From NCBI RefSeq assembly GCF_000172995.2, contig NC_014735.1, positions 60,001 through 92,000 on the forward strand: a stretch of DNA of 32,000 bases. Reading direction: 5' to 3'. Below are positions 18,117 through 25,939 of this stretch, in pieces. Numbering within the stretch: position 1 is the first letter of the stretch; every line of letters begins with the position of its first letter. This stretch comes from Halogeometricum borinquense DSM 11551 (GTDB lineage: Archaea > Halobacteriota > Halobacteria > Halobacteriales > Haloferacaceae). The notes beneath the pieces were generated by a model. The model saw nothing but the letters and a program-made list of their open reading frames with translations. It ran no database searches and was not told the DNA's origin. The translations under genes were made by a program, and so were the position numbers.

Positions 18117-18503
18117 TCAGTCGTCTTTCCAGATTAGCCCATCGACCGTCCCGGTCAGGACAGGTTCACCATCTGCGTTCTCACAGACAACGTCTGCCGA
18201 GAATTCATAGCGATTGTCGCGTTCTACGACCGTATCGTACGTCGAGGTGCAGGTAACTGATTCGCCAGTGTAGACAGGTTGGTGAAACTCGAATTCCATA
18301 TTACTGGCCAACACCCCGTCGTCACCGCCAAGTTTCGTCGGCATCGTCGCCGTCAATAATCCTTGCACCATCACTCGGCCGTCCTCGTCAGGTTCGGTGT
18401 GTCGAGGCTGTGCGTCTCCAGAAAGTTCCGCAAACTGCTGGACCTCTTCGACGGTAAACGTTCGTTCGAACGTCTGTGTTTTGCCTTCAACTGGTGGATT
18501 CAT
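18117..18503 (-). CDS. MaoC-like (hotdog fold) dehydratase
   Basis: FTVEEVQQFAELSGDAQPRHTEPD...VMVQGLLTATMPTKLGG is typical of the MaoC dehydratase N-terminal region. The track start at 18515 is TTG, so the ATG at 18503 is preferred. Confidence 0.85.
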   Translation of the reverse strand: MNPPVEGKTQTFERTFTVEEVQQFAELSGDAQPRHTEPDEDGRVMVQGLLTATMPTKLGGDDGVLASNMEFEFHQPVYTGESVTCTSTYDTVVERDNRYEFSADVVCENADGEPVLTGTVDGLIWKDD

Positions 18504-18579
18504 ATGACTTCTCAATTACCAATGATAAATTAGTGAGGGATAAGCGTTAGGTATGAAATAGCAATCCTTCAGGTACGTG

Positions 18580-18592
18580 CTGGTTCGACCAG
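18580..18592. promoter_or_regulatory. 13-bp perfect palindrome in the divergent MaoC / nos-operon spacer
   Basis: ctggt-tcg-accag, about 80 bp upstream of the MaoC start. Confidence 0.2.
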
Positions 18593-18711
18593 CCGACTTA
18601 TTGCACACTCTACTCATTGCGCCGGAAGTAGCGACCATAAACGAGCGATTCACGGCAGCGTATACGCAATCAGACGGTAGCGTTTGAACGGAACTCGCAT
18701 CCTCCTTGTGG

Positions 18712-18723
18712 CGAACACGTTCG
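18712..18723. promoter_or_regulatory. CGAA-N4-TTCG inverted repeat upstream of the nos operon
   Basis: cgaacacgttcg lies 55-80 nt upstream of the candidate starts (18778, 18793, 18802) of the first operon gene, just upstream of a weak TATA-like tagtgtatg (around 18756-18764). Confidence 0.25.
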
Positions 18724-18777
18724 GACCGGTTCCCGAGTGGTGAAGAACGTCCAACTAGTGTATGGTTGGGGTCGGGT

Positions 18778-19185
18778 ATGACCGTACATGGGATGATACC
18801 CATGGACTGGAACCGCCTCGGACCACGTGAAAAGGAACTGTTAGCAATCCTGCGACGGAGCGAACAGTCCTTGACTTCGCGGGAAGTCCAGCGTGAACTC
18901 CGAGAAGACGGCGTCGATGTCGTGTACTCGACAGTGAGTGCGACACTCGACCGCCTCGTCGAGAAGCGGTTAGTGGACCGAACCGAGGAGATGCAGCGTG
19001 GATCACCTCGATACCGACACACCTTCGCGGCCGACCAGTACGCCGGTGAACTCCTCGATTCGATCGTCGAGGACGTATCCGAAGTCCTCGGTACTGACGG
19101 CCTGACTGGACTGGTGCGAAGGGCCGAGGCGATGGGCGGGGATGAGCAATCGAACGAACACAACCCTACAAATACGAAAGCATGA
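18778..19185 (+). CDS. BlaI/MecI/CopY-family winged-helix transcriptional regulator
   Basis: LGPREKELLAILRRSEQSLTSREVQRELREDGVDVVYSTVSATLDRLVEKRLVDRTEE..GSPRYRHTF fits the Penicillinase_R pattern (..YSTV.T.L.RL..K.L..R....G....Y). It lacks the C-terminal CxCxxxxCxC of CopY. The start is ambiguous (ATG 18778, 18793 or 18802). The stop overlaps the halocyanin start (ATGA at 19182-19185). Confidence 0.7.
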   Translation: MTVHGMIPMDWNRLGPREKELLAILRRSEQSLTSREVQRELREDGVDVVYSTVSATLDRLVEKRLVDRTEEMQRGSPRYRHTFAADQYAGELLDSIVEDVSEVLGTDGLTGLVRRAEAMGGDEQSNEHNPTNTKA

Positions 19186-19697
19186 CAACGAAACTCGATA
19201 GGCGGAAGTTGATGAAGCAAATTGGAATCACTGGGACCGTAGCGCTGCTGGGTGGCGTCGCCGGATGTACCAGTAGCGCTGACTCAAGCGGTGATGGGGG
19301 TGCGGAGACTGAGGCGAAGACCGCGACATCCAAACCGAAGGACAGCTCGTCGGACGGTGAAAAGTGGACGAAAACCGACACCGTCGATATGAACGATGAA
19401 CTGAAATTCGCACCGAAGCGCATCAAAGTGGAGTCAGGAACGACTGTCACGTGGAAGAACGTCGGTGCAGTCGGCCACACCGTCACCGCCTATGAGGACG
19501 AGATACCCGACGGCGCGACGTACTTCGCGTCGGGTGGATTCGACTCCGAGAAAGCGGCGAAAGACGGCTATCCCGACAAGGGGAACGTGACAGAAGGAGG
19601 CACCTACGAGCACACGTTCGAGACCAAGGGAACGTACAAGTACTACTGTGTACCGCACGAGATGAACGCAATGGTCGGATACGTCAAGGTTATTTAA
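19182..19697 (+). CDS. halocyanin / plastocyanin-like type-1 blue copper protein, Tat lipoprotein
   Basis: Signal RRKLMKQIGITGTVALLGGVAGC (twin-Arg plus lipobox). Type-1 Cu ligands are GAVGHTV and YYCVPHEMNAMVG (C-x2-H-x4-M). Confidence 0.9.
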   Translation: MTTKLDRRKLMKQIGITGTVALLGGVAGCTSSADSSGDGGAETEAKTATSKPKDSSSDGEKWTKTDTVDMNDELKFAPKRIKVESGTTVTWKNVGAVGHTVTAYEDEIPDGATYFASGGFDSEKAAKDGYPDKGNVTEGGTYEHTFETKGTYKYYCVPHEMNAMVGYVKVI

Positions 19698-19698
19698 A

Positions 19699-21717
19699 AT
19701 GAGTTCACACGACACATCGGAGGGGGAGGAGACCGACACCAAAACAGAGCGTAGCGCAGAGACATTACTATCGGAACACGAGGCGCAGTTGAATGCGCTT
19801 ATTGCAGACGTACAGGGGCCGGACGCGGACCCAGTAGAGACGCAACTTCCGAATCTCGGTCTTGGTCTCGGTCGCCGGGACTTCATGAAAGCGGGGGCAG
19901 CCGTCGGGGTTCTGGGCTCCGTCGCCGGGTGTGCAGGGCAGGGCGACAGCCAGGGTGGTACAGCCACGCCGTCTTCGAGTCACGGCGATGTGCCCGACCA
20001 CTTCGTTCCGCCGGGCGAACACGACAAGTACTACGGCTTCTGGAGTGGCGGTCACTCCGGCGAAGTGAGAGTAATGGGAATTCCGTCGATGCGGGAACTC
20101 ACGCGAATCCCCGTGTTCAACAGGGAGTGCGCGAAGGGATACGGTTTCGACGACGGAACGGGGGAGATGCTTAAAGACGCAGGCGACTACACGTGGGGTG
20201 ACTCTCACCACCCGAGCTTATCCGAGACCGATGGGAAGTACGACGGCGAGTACCTATTCGTCAACGACAAAGCCAACGGCCGCGTCGCACGGGTGAATCT
20301 GAAGTACTTCGAGACGGATGCGATTCTGGACGTGCCGAACGTCCAGTCAGTCCACGGATGCTGCATTCAGAGCCCCGACACCGAGTACGTCTTCGCCAAC
20401 GGTGAGTTCCGTGCGCCGCTTCCAAACGACGGGCGCGACGTAGACGACCCGTCGAAGTACGTCTCGCTGTTTTCGGCCATCGACCCCGAAAGCATGGACG
20501 TACTCTGGCAGGTGAAAGTCAGCGGCAACCTCGACATCGCCGACTCCGACAAAGACGGCCGGTGGCTGCTCTCGTCGTCGTACAACGACGAAGAGGGGGT
20601 CGAAATCGAGGAGATGACCCGCGACGACCGCGACTCGGTGAAGGCGTTCGACGTACCAGCCATTCAGAAAGCGGTTGATGCCGGGAAGTACGAGGAGGTC
20701 AACGGCGTCCCCGTCGTCGATGGGACCCGTGAAAGTTCACTCAACAAGGGCGATAACCCACTCGTCCGCTACATCCCGACGCCGAAATCACCCCACTGCG
20801 TTGAGGTGACGCCGGACGGAAAGTACGGCATCGTCGCCGGAAAGCTCTCTCCGACCGTCTCGATCATCGATATCGAGAAACTCGGAACCGAACCCGACCC
20901 GGCGAAGACGATTGTCGGCCAGCCCAAACTCGGTCTCGGTCCACTGCACACTACGTACGACGACCGCGGTCACGGGTACACCTCGCTGTTCATCGACTCG
21001 CAGGTCGTCAAGTGGGATATCGAAAAGGCAGTGGAGTCACCAAAAGGCTCCGAGGAGGCCATTCTCGGGAAGATAGACGTCCACTACAACCCAGGACACA
21101 TCCAAGCGGTACAGGCAATGTCCGTCGAACCGACCGGCGATTGGCTCGTCGTCCTCAACAAACTGTCGAAGGACCGGTTCCTCCCAGTCGGACCGATTCA
21201 CCCCGACAACGACCAACTCATCTACATCGGAAACGACAAAGACAACGAAACCGGTGGAATGGAACTGGTTTCCGATCACCCCGTCTATCCCGAACCGCAC
21301 GACGCCATCATGGTCCACAAAGACAAGTTGGACCCGGCGAAGATATGGGATGCCAAGGACTACGAGGGAGAACGGGAGTACATCTCCGAGAAGAACTCGG
21401 GAATCGAACGCCTCGACGACTCGACCGTCGAGGTGAACATGAGTTCCAAGCGGAGCGAGTTCGGCCTCCGTGAATTCACGGTGAAAGAAGGCGACGAAGT
21501 GCAGATGACCGTGACGAACATCGAGAAGAGTCCGGACATCATCCACGGAGTTGCCATCCCCGAACACGACATCAACCTCGCGCTCGCCCCACAGGACACT
21601 CGGGAAGTAACGTTCGCCGCGGATGATCCCGGCGTCTACTGGATCTACTGCACGTACTTCTGTAGCGCACTGCACCTAGAGATGCGCTCGCGGATGATCG
21701 TCGAACCACGGGACTGA
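19699..21717 (+). CDS. nosZ: nitrous-oxide reductase
   Basis: 672 aa. Tat motif GRRDFMKAG (RR at residues 59-60) and lipobox VAGC (Cys78). CuZ-region WGDSHHPSLSETDGKYDGEYLFVNDKANGRVARV. CuA loop CTYFCSALHLEM (21649-21684). The gene starts 1 nt after the halocyanin stop. Confidence 0.97.
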   Translation: MSSHDTSEGEETDTKTERSAETLLSEHEAQLNALIADVQGPDADPVETQLPNLGLGLGRRDFMKAGAAVGVLGSVAGCAGQGDSQGGTATPSSSHGDVPDHFVPPGEHDKYYGFWSGGHSGEVRVMGIPSMRELTRIPVFNRECAKGYGFDDGTGEMLKDAGDYTWGDSHHPSLSETDGKYDGEYLFVNDKANGRVARVNLKYFETDAILDVPNVQSVHGCCIQSPDTEYVFANGEFRAPLPNDGRDVDDPSKYVSLFSAIDPESMDVLWQVKVSGNLDIADSDKDGRWLLSSSYNDEEGVEIEEMTRDDRDSVKAFDVPAIQKAVDAGKYEEVNGVPVVDGTRESSLNKGDNPLVRYIPTPKSPHCVEVTPDGKYGIVAGKLSPTVSIIDIEKLGTEPDPAKTIVGQPKLGLGPLHTTYDDRGHGYTSLFIDSQVVKWDIEKAVESPKGSEEAILGKIDVHYNPGHIQAVQAMSVEPTGDWLVVLNKLSKDRFLPVGPIHPDNDQLIYIGNDKDNETGGMELVSDHPVYPEPHDAIMVHKDKLDPAKIWDAKDYEGEREYISEKNSGIERLDDSTVEVNMSSKRSEFGLREFTVKEGDEVQMTVTNIEKSPDIIHGVAIPEHDINLALAPQDTREVTFAADDPGVYWIYCTYFCSALHLEMRSRMIVEPRD

Positions 21718-21723
21718 ACCATC

Positions 21724-22488
21724 ATGAATCTGCCAGGACGAACCGAGTTCGCCCAACTCCGCCGGTTGCTTCCGGTGGGAGCGGCAGTGCTGCTGCTCGG
21801 TGCACTGTTACTCCCGATGTGGTCCATCGAGATGCACGCCGTGCAGTATCCGAACGAACCGCTCCACCTCAGCCTGTACGCCTACCCACAGGTCAGCGGC
21901 GACTTCGTCGAGATCCATCGGCTGAACAAATACATCGGGTTCTACTATCCGGATCCTGTGTTCTGGCAGCCGAACTACGAACCGCACCCGCGGGCGATAG
22001 ACGTTCCGGAGTGGTCGCTCGGGCCACTAGCGTTCGTCGGGGTGGCTGCAACGAGTGTGTTCGTTGCGCTCGCGCCGACCGCCCGGAAACTCCGGCGTGG
22101 CCTCACACTCCAACTTGTCGGGGCCGTCGCGGTGTTCGCCGGTCTGCTGGCAGACATCCAGTTCCGACTGTATCAGGCAGGCCACACGCTGGATCCGGAT
22201 GCGCCTGTCATGGGCGTTGAGGGGTTCACACCGCCGCTTTTGGGAACCTATTCGGTTGCCAATATCACGAGTTACTCGCGGTTCGGTGCCGGTGCCTACC
22301 TGACGATGCTTGCTATCGGACTGCTGGTGGTTAGCTACGCGGTCCGCAATTCGACGGTCACGCTGTGGGAGGTCCCGGGATACGCCCGGAACCGATTCAC
22401 GGGCGACGACGAGACGACGGAACCGACAACCGGGACGACAAGCGAGCGAGCGTCCGCTCCGGACGCCTCCCGAACGGGGCGGCGGTAA
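21724..22488 (+). CDS. 4-TM integral membrane protein of unknown function, in the position nosB occupies in clade II clusters
   Basis: 254 aa with four hydrophobic helices (LLPVGAAVLLLGALLLPMW, LGPLAFVGVAATSVFVALAP, LQLVGAVAVFAGLLADI, AYLTMLAIGLLVVSYAV) and a large first extracytoplasmic loop. It starts 6 nt after the nosZ stop and ends 2 nt before the nosD start. Confidence 0.7.
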   Translation: MNLPGRTEFAQLRRLLPVGAAVLLLGALLLPMWSIEMHAVQYPNEPLHLSLYAYPQVSGDFVEIHRLNKYIGFYYPDPVFWQPNYEPHPRAIDVPEWSLGPLAFVGVAATSVFVALAPTARKLRRGLTLQLVGAVAVFAGLLADIQFRLYQAGHTLDPDAPVMGVEGFTPPLLGTYSVANITSYSRFGAGAYLTMLAIGLLVVSYAVRNSTVTLWEVPGYARNRFTGDDETTEPTTGTTSERASAPDASRTGRR

Positions 22489-22490
22489 CG

Positions 22491-23873
22491 ATGCCGTCTG
22501 TATCGGCCGAACGAGCGTTCGCCCTCTTCGCGGTCGTCGTTCTCCTCGGCACGACACTCTCAGCGCTGACGGTTCCGACGGCCGCAGGAGCGGATGACAG
22601 CCTCGCCTTCGAACCCGGTGTTCCGGAAGAGTACGCCTTCGACGCACCGACCGAAACGGGAACGGCGACCGTCGGCGGCGACTCCTACGAGTCGGTACAA
22701 GCGGCCGTCGATGCGGCCACGCCCGGAGACACCGTCCACATACGGGGGTCCTTCTCCGAGCGTGTTATCATCTCGACGCCGAACATCACACTCGAAAGCG
22801 CACCCGGTCGGTTGGCCCGTATCGACGGCGATGAGACGGAAGATGCACTCACGATAGACGCCGACGGCGTTACTGTCCGCCGAATCTGGATTCACAACTC
22901 CGGACGCGACACCGGAAGTAACGACGCCGGCATCTGGGTCAACGGCACGGACGCGCGCATACTCGACAGTCGTCTGACTGACGTCACCTTCGGTATCTGG
23001 GTGAACGGCGTTGACGACGTACTTCTGCGGAACAACACGATTGTCGGCCGCGAAGCGGTCCGGCCGTTATCCTATCGAGGAAACGGCATCCAACTCTGGA
23101 AAACGACAGATACCCGCGTCGTCGAAAACCGCATCACCGACGTTCGAGACGGGTTGTACTACTCGTGGGCGTCGAACGTAACCGCACGGGAGAACACGAT
23201 GTGGGAACTTCGATACGGCGTCCACTACATGTACTCGGACGACTGCCGGTTACAGAACAACACCTCGTTCGATAACGACGTCGGCTACGCGCTCATGCTC
23301 TCAGAGCACATTGAGGTCGTAGATAACGTCGCCGTGAACAACACCGGCGTGAGCGGACACGGGATTCTCCTCAAGCGGATCGACGACTCCGTCGTTCGGG
23401 GGAATCACTTCGTCGGCAACGACCGGGGCATCTACGTGCTGAACTCGGTCCGAAACGTGATGGCAAACAACCTCGTCATGGAGAACGGCATCGGCGTCCA
23501 TCTCACCGCCGGAACCGAAGACGAACGCGTCTTCGGGAATAGCTTCGTCAATAACGACCGGTCAGTGTTCGCGGTCACCGGCGAGTTGGCCGTCTGGAAC
23601 GCGTCCGAACGAGGTAACTACTGGTCGTCCGCCGACGCCGCCGACATCGACAACGACGGCATCAGCGACGTTCGCTACCGGCCGTCTGGACTGGTAGAGC
23701 ATCTGATCTACGAGCATCCACAGGCGGCGGTGTTCGCAGACAGCCCCGCATTCGACGCCATCCGCTTGGCTGAGAGTTCCTTCCCGGTCATCGAATCACC
23801 GGGAGTTGTCGATCACCACCCGCTCACGACACCACCACACAGCGACTGGAGACGATACTATGAACGCAATTGA
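22491..23873 (+). CDS. nosD: copper-enzyme maturation beta-helix protein NosD
   Basis: Signal MPSVSAERAFALFAVVVLLGTTLSALTVPTAAG, then many parallel beta-helix repeat units (N-x-I/V-x-x-N: LRNNTIVG, VENRITD, ARENTMW, LQNNTSF, VVDNVAVNN, VRGNHFVGN, MANNLVMEN, FGNSFVNN). The ATG at 22491 is preferred over the track start at 22365. Confidence 0.9.
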   Translation: MPSVSAERAFALFAVVVLLGTTLSALTVPTAAGADDSLAFEPGVPEEYAFDAPTETGTATVGGDSYESVQAAVDAATPGDTVHIRGSFSERVIISTPNITLESAPGRLARIDGDETEDALTIDADGVTVRRIWIHNSGRDTGSNDAGIWVNGTDARILDSRLTDVTFGIWVNGVDDVLLRNNTIVGREAVRPLSYRGNGIQLWKTTDTRVVENRITDVRDGLYYSWASNVTARENTMWELRYGVHYMYSDDCRLQNNTSFDNDVGYALMLSEHIEVVDNVAVNNTGVSGHGILLKRIDDSVVRGNHFVGNDRGIYVLNSVRNVMANNLVMENGIGVHLTAGTEDERVFGNSFVNNDRSVFAVTGELAVWNASERGNYWSSADAADIDNDGISDVRYRPSGLVEHLIYEHPQAAVFADSPAFDAIRLAESSFPVIESPGVVDHHPLTTPPHSDWRRYYERN

Positions 23874-24828
23874 CGTAACCGACGTAACGCAAACCTACGG
23901 CGACGTGACGGCTCTCGACGGCCTGTCACTATCCATCGAACCGGGGACTACCTTCGGTCTGCTCGGTACGAACGGTGCAGGAAAGTCTACGCTGTTCAAA
24001 CTGGTCGTCGGGCACGTCCGACCCGACACCGGCACGGTTTCGGTCGCCGGGCAGAACGTTGAGACAGCAGGCCCGGCCATCCGTAGCGAAGTCGGATACC
24101 TGCCCGAACACGCCGGATTCCCACCAGCGCTTACCGGCCGGGAGGTACTCGAATTTCACGCGAAGATGCGCGGGCTCGACGACGCGGACGACCGCATCGA
24201 AAGCGTTCTCAGTCTCGTCGGACTGCGTGACGCCGCCGACCGGCGAACCGGCGGGTACTCGAACGGAATGAATCGCCGTCTCGGATTGGCGACAGCGCTG
24301 CTTTCCCGACCGACGATTCTCCTGCTGGATGAACCCACTGCAGGCCTCGATCCACGAGGAGTCGCCGCGTTCCACGACGTCGTCGAACGACTAGCGCGGG
24401 ACGACGACCTCACGGTCGTCCTCTCCTCGCACGTGCTCTCGGAGGTCGAAAAGTTGTGTGATACGGTCGGCATCGTTCACAACGGGCGACTGCGTGCTGG
24501 CGGGTCGGTCGAAGCGTTGAAGCGAGACCTGATCGACGGCGTCCGAGTCCGCGTCCGTCTGGCCGACGCGGGGTCAATGGCCGACGCGACTTCAGTAGTC
24601 GATGAACACGACGGAGCCATTCGGTCCCAATCTAACCGCGAGTTCACCGTCGAATGCTCGTCGGAAGTCCCCCCCGGCCTGTTAGACGACCTGATGGACG
24701 CCGCGTCGCTGTCGGGGTACGAGGTTACCGAGCCGGGCCTCGAACAGGTCTTCGAGCACACTCTTGGCGGCGCGTCGAAGAAAGAGCAGGGAGAAGACGC
24801 GGAAGAGCAGGAGAGGGAGAAAACATGA
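23860..24828 (+). CDS. nosF: ABC ATPase NosF
   Basis: Walker A GTNGAGKST, signature YSNGMNRRLGLA, Walker B ILLLDEPTAGLD, H-loop SSHVL. Overlaps the nosD end by 14 nt. Acidic C-terminal tail KKEQGEDAEEQEREKT. Confidence 0.9.
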   Translation: MNAIDVTDVTQTYGDVTALDGLSLSIEPGTTFGLLGTNGAGKSTLFKLVVGHVRPDTGTVSVAGQNVETAGPAIRSEVGYLPEHAGFPPALTGREVLEFHAKMRGLDDADDRIESVLSLVGLRDAADRRTGGYSNGMNRRLGLATALLSRPTILLLDEPTAGLDPRGVAAFHDVVERLARDDDLTVVLSSHVLSEVEKLCDTVGIVHNGRLRAGGSVEALKRDLIDGVRVRVRLADAGSMADATSVVDEHDGAIRSQSNREFTVECSSEVPPGLLDDLMDAASLSGYEVTEPGLEQVFEHTLGGASKKEQGEDAEEQEREKT

Positions 24829-25775
24829 CCGAAGGACCTAACAGAGCGGATTCCGGTCGAAGCCACGAGACAGACGGTGGGGTCACAACGACCGGAGACG
24901 CTAACGTGACAGAACCAACCGATGTAGCGGAAGCACCAGAAGTGACGGAATCAACCGACGGGCAGGATAGCAGTGCGCTCCGACAGATTGCCACGGTCGC
25001 GGGCATGGAGTTCCGACTCTCGGTTCGGAATCGCTGGGCGGTTGCGCTGGCCGCGCTATTCACCCTCTTTGCGTCGCTCATCGTCGGCTTCGGCGCGTCG
25101 AGTGTCGGCCCGGTACGGGCGGATGCGGTCATCGTGAGTATGGCCTCGTTGGCAACGTATCTGCTCCCCCTCGCTGCGCTGGTCTTCGGCTTCGATGCAG
25201 TCGTGGGGGCCGAGGAACGCGGCTGGCTTGACATCGTGTTTGCACTCCCTGTCTCGCGTGCGCGAGTCGTCGTCGGGTCGTACCTCGGACGGGCGGTCAC
25301 GCTCGTGGCCGCGACGAGCATCGGCTTCGGAATCGGCGGGATTCTGCTGTTTTCGGTGGCATCGAGCGCTAACACCGTGTTGTACGCGACGTTCCTGCTC
25401 GGTTCAGTTGCGCTGGGACTGGGGTTCCTCGCAGTCGGCGTGTTCGTCTCGTCGGTCGTCGGTGAGAAGACCCACGCACTGGGGGCCGCACTCCTCGTCT
25501 GGGTCTGGTTCGTGTTCGGACACGACCTGCTCGCACTCGGTCTCGTGGCCGGGTCAAAACTCCCACAGAGCGCGTTATCGGTGATGGTCCTCTCGAATCC
25601 GGTGAGCGTCTTCCGAGTGTTCGTCCTCTCGGGTATCGACTCGACCGGCGGCGGACTGGCGACCGTCGTAGGGGAATCCACGCTCTCGATGCCACTTCTC
25701 GCAGTCGCGGCGACCGTCTGGGTCGTTGTCCCCGTCGCCGCCGCGGCGCGTGCTGTGCGCCATCGGAGCCTCTAG
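24825..25775 (+). CDS. nosY: ABC-2 permease NosY
   Basis: ATGA overlap with the nosF stop (24825-24828). About 6 hydrophobic helices follow an acidic N-terminal extension of roughly 60 aa. An alternative internal start at MEFRLSV is possible. Confidence 0.85.
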   Translation: MTEGPNRADSGRSHETDGGVTTTGDANVTEPTDVAEAPEVTESTDGQDSSALRQIATVAGMEFRLSVRNRWAVALAALFTLFASLIVGFGASSVGPVRADAVIVSMASLATYLLPLAALVFGFDAVVGAEERGWLDIVFALPVSRARVVVGSYLGRAVTLVAATSIGFGIGGILLFSVASSANTVLYATFLLGSVALGLGFLAVGVFVSSVVGEKTHALGAALLVWVWFVFGHDLLALGLVAGSKLPQSALSVMVLSNPVSVFRVFVLSGIDSTGGGLATVVGESTLSMPLLAVAATVWVVVPVAAAARAVRHRSL

Positions 25776-25827
25776 CCCGCCGCCATCGCTTTCTACCTCG
25801 GTCATCGCTAAAATACCGAAAGCGAGT

Positions 25828-25905
25828 TCCTAAATGCCGGTGCTCCGGAGTCCTAAATGCCGGTTAGCAGCAGGCGTAAATAGCGGTAAGAAGCCGGTAA
25901 GAAGC
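25828..25905. repeat. two pairs of short direct repeats in the convergent nosY / repeat-gene spacer
   Basis: tcctaaatgccggt occurs at 25828-25841 and 25851-25864 (23-bp period). cggtaagaagc occurs in tandem at 25884-25894 and 25895-25905. Confidence 0.5.
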
Positions 25906-25939
25906 AGCCCAGAAAAGTGCGTCCCCGCGTGGAGACGGC

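Noticed and set aside
17739-18256. ORFs 17739..17969 (minus strand) and 18005..18256 (plus strand) in the AT-rich block.
   Set aside because: Their low-complexity Lys/Asn/Ile/Tyr-rich translations simply reflect the AT-rich sequence. The second one runs antisense into the MaoC gene.
18516-19220. 234-aa minus-strand ORF spanning the nos-operon regulator and the spacer.
   Set aside because: It is antisense to a well-supported BlaI/CopY-like CDS. Its Ser/Arg/Pro-rich composition is typical of GC-rich antisense frames, and it would leave no promoter space for MaoC.
21724-22488. Annotating the 4-TM gene as nosL or nosR.
   Set aside because: It has no lipobox or Met/Cys Cu(I) site as expected for NosL. 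It is far too small for NosR and lacks NosR's FMN-binding and Fe-S Cys motifs.
22365-22490. Upstream extensions of track ORFs: nosD from 22365, nosF from 23806, nosY from 24654, amidohydrolase from 6222, YD-like protein from 28117, HTH_10 regulator from 6296.
   Set aside because: The extensions overlap the preceding gene or the divergent promoter, are Arg/Gly-rich or otherwise atypical, and bury the signal peptides. The internal ATGs give canonical N-termini and tight operon junctions.
24725-25681. 318-aa minus-strand ORF inside nosY.
   Set aside because: It is an antisense shadow ORF in a GC-rich membrane-protein gene. It has a Ser/Thr/Pro/Arg-rich low-complexity translation and no motifs.
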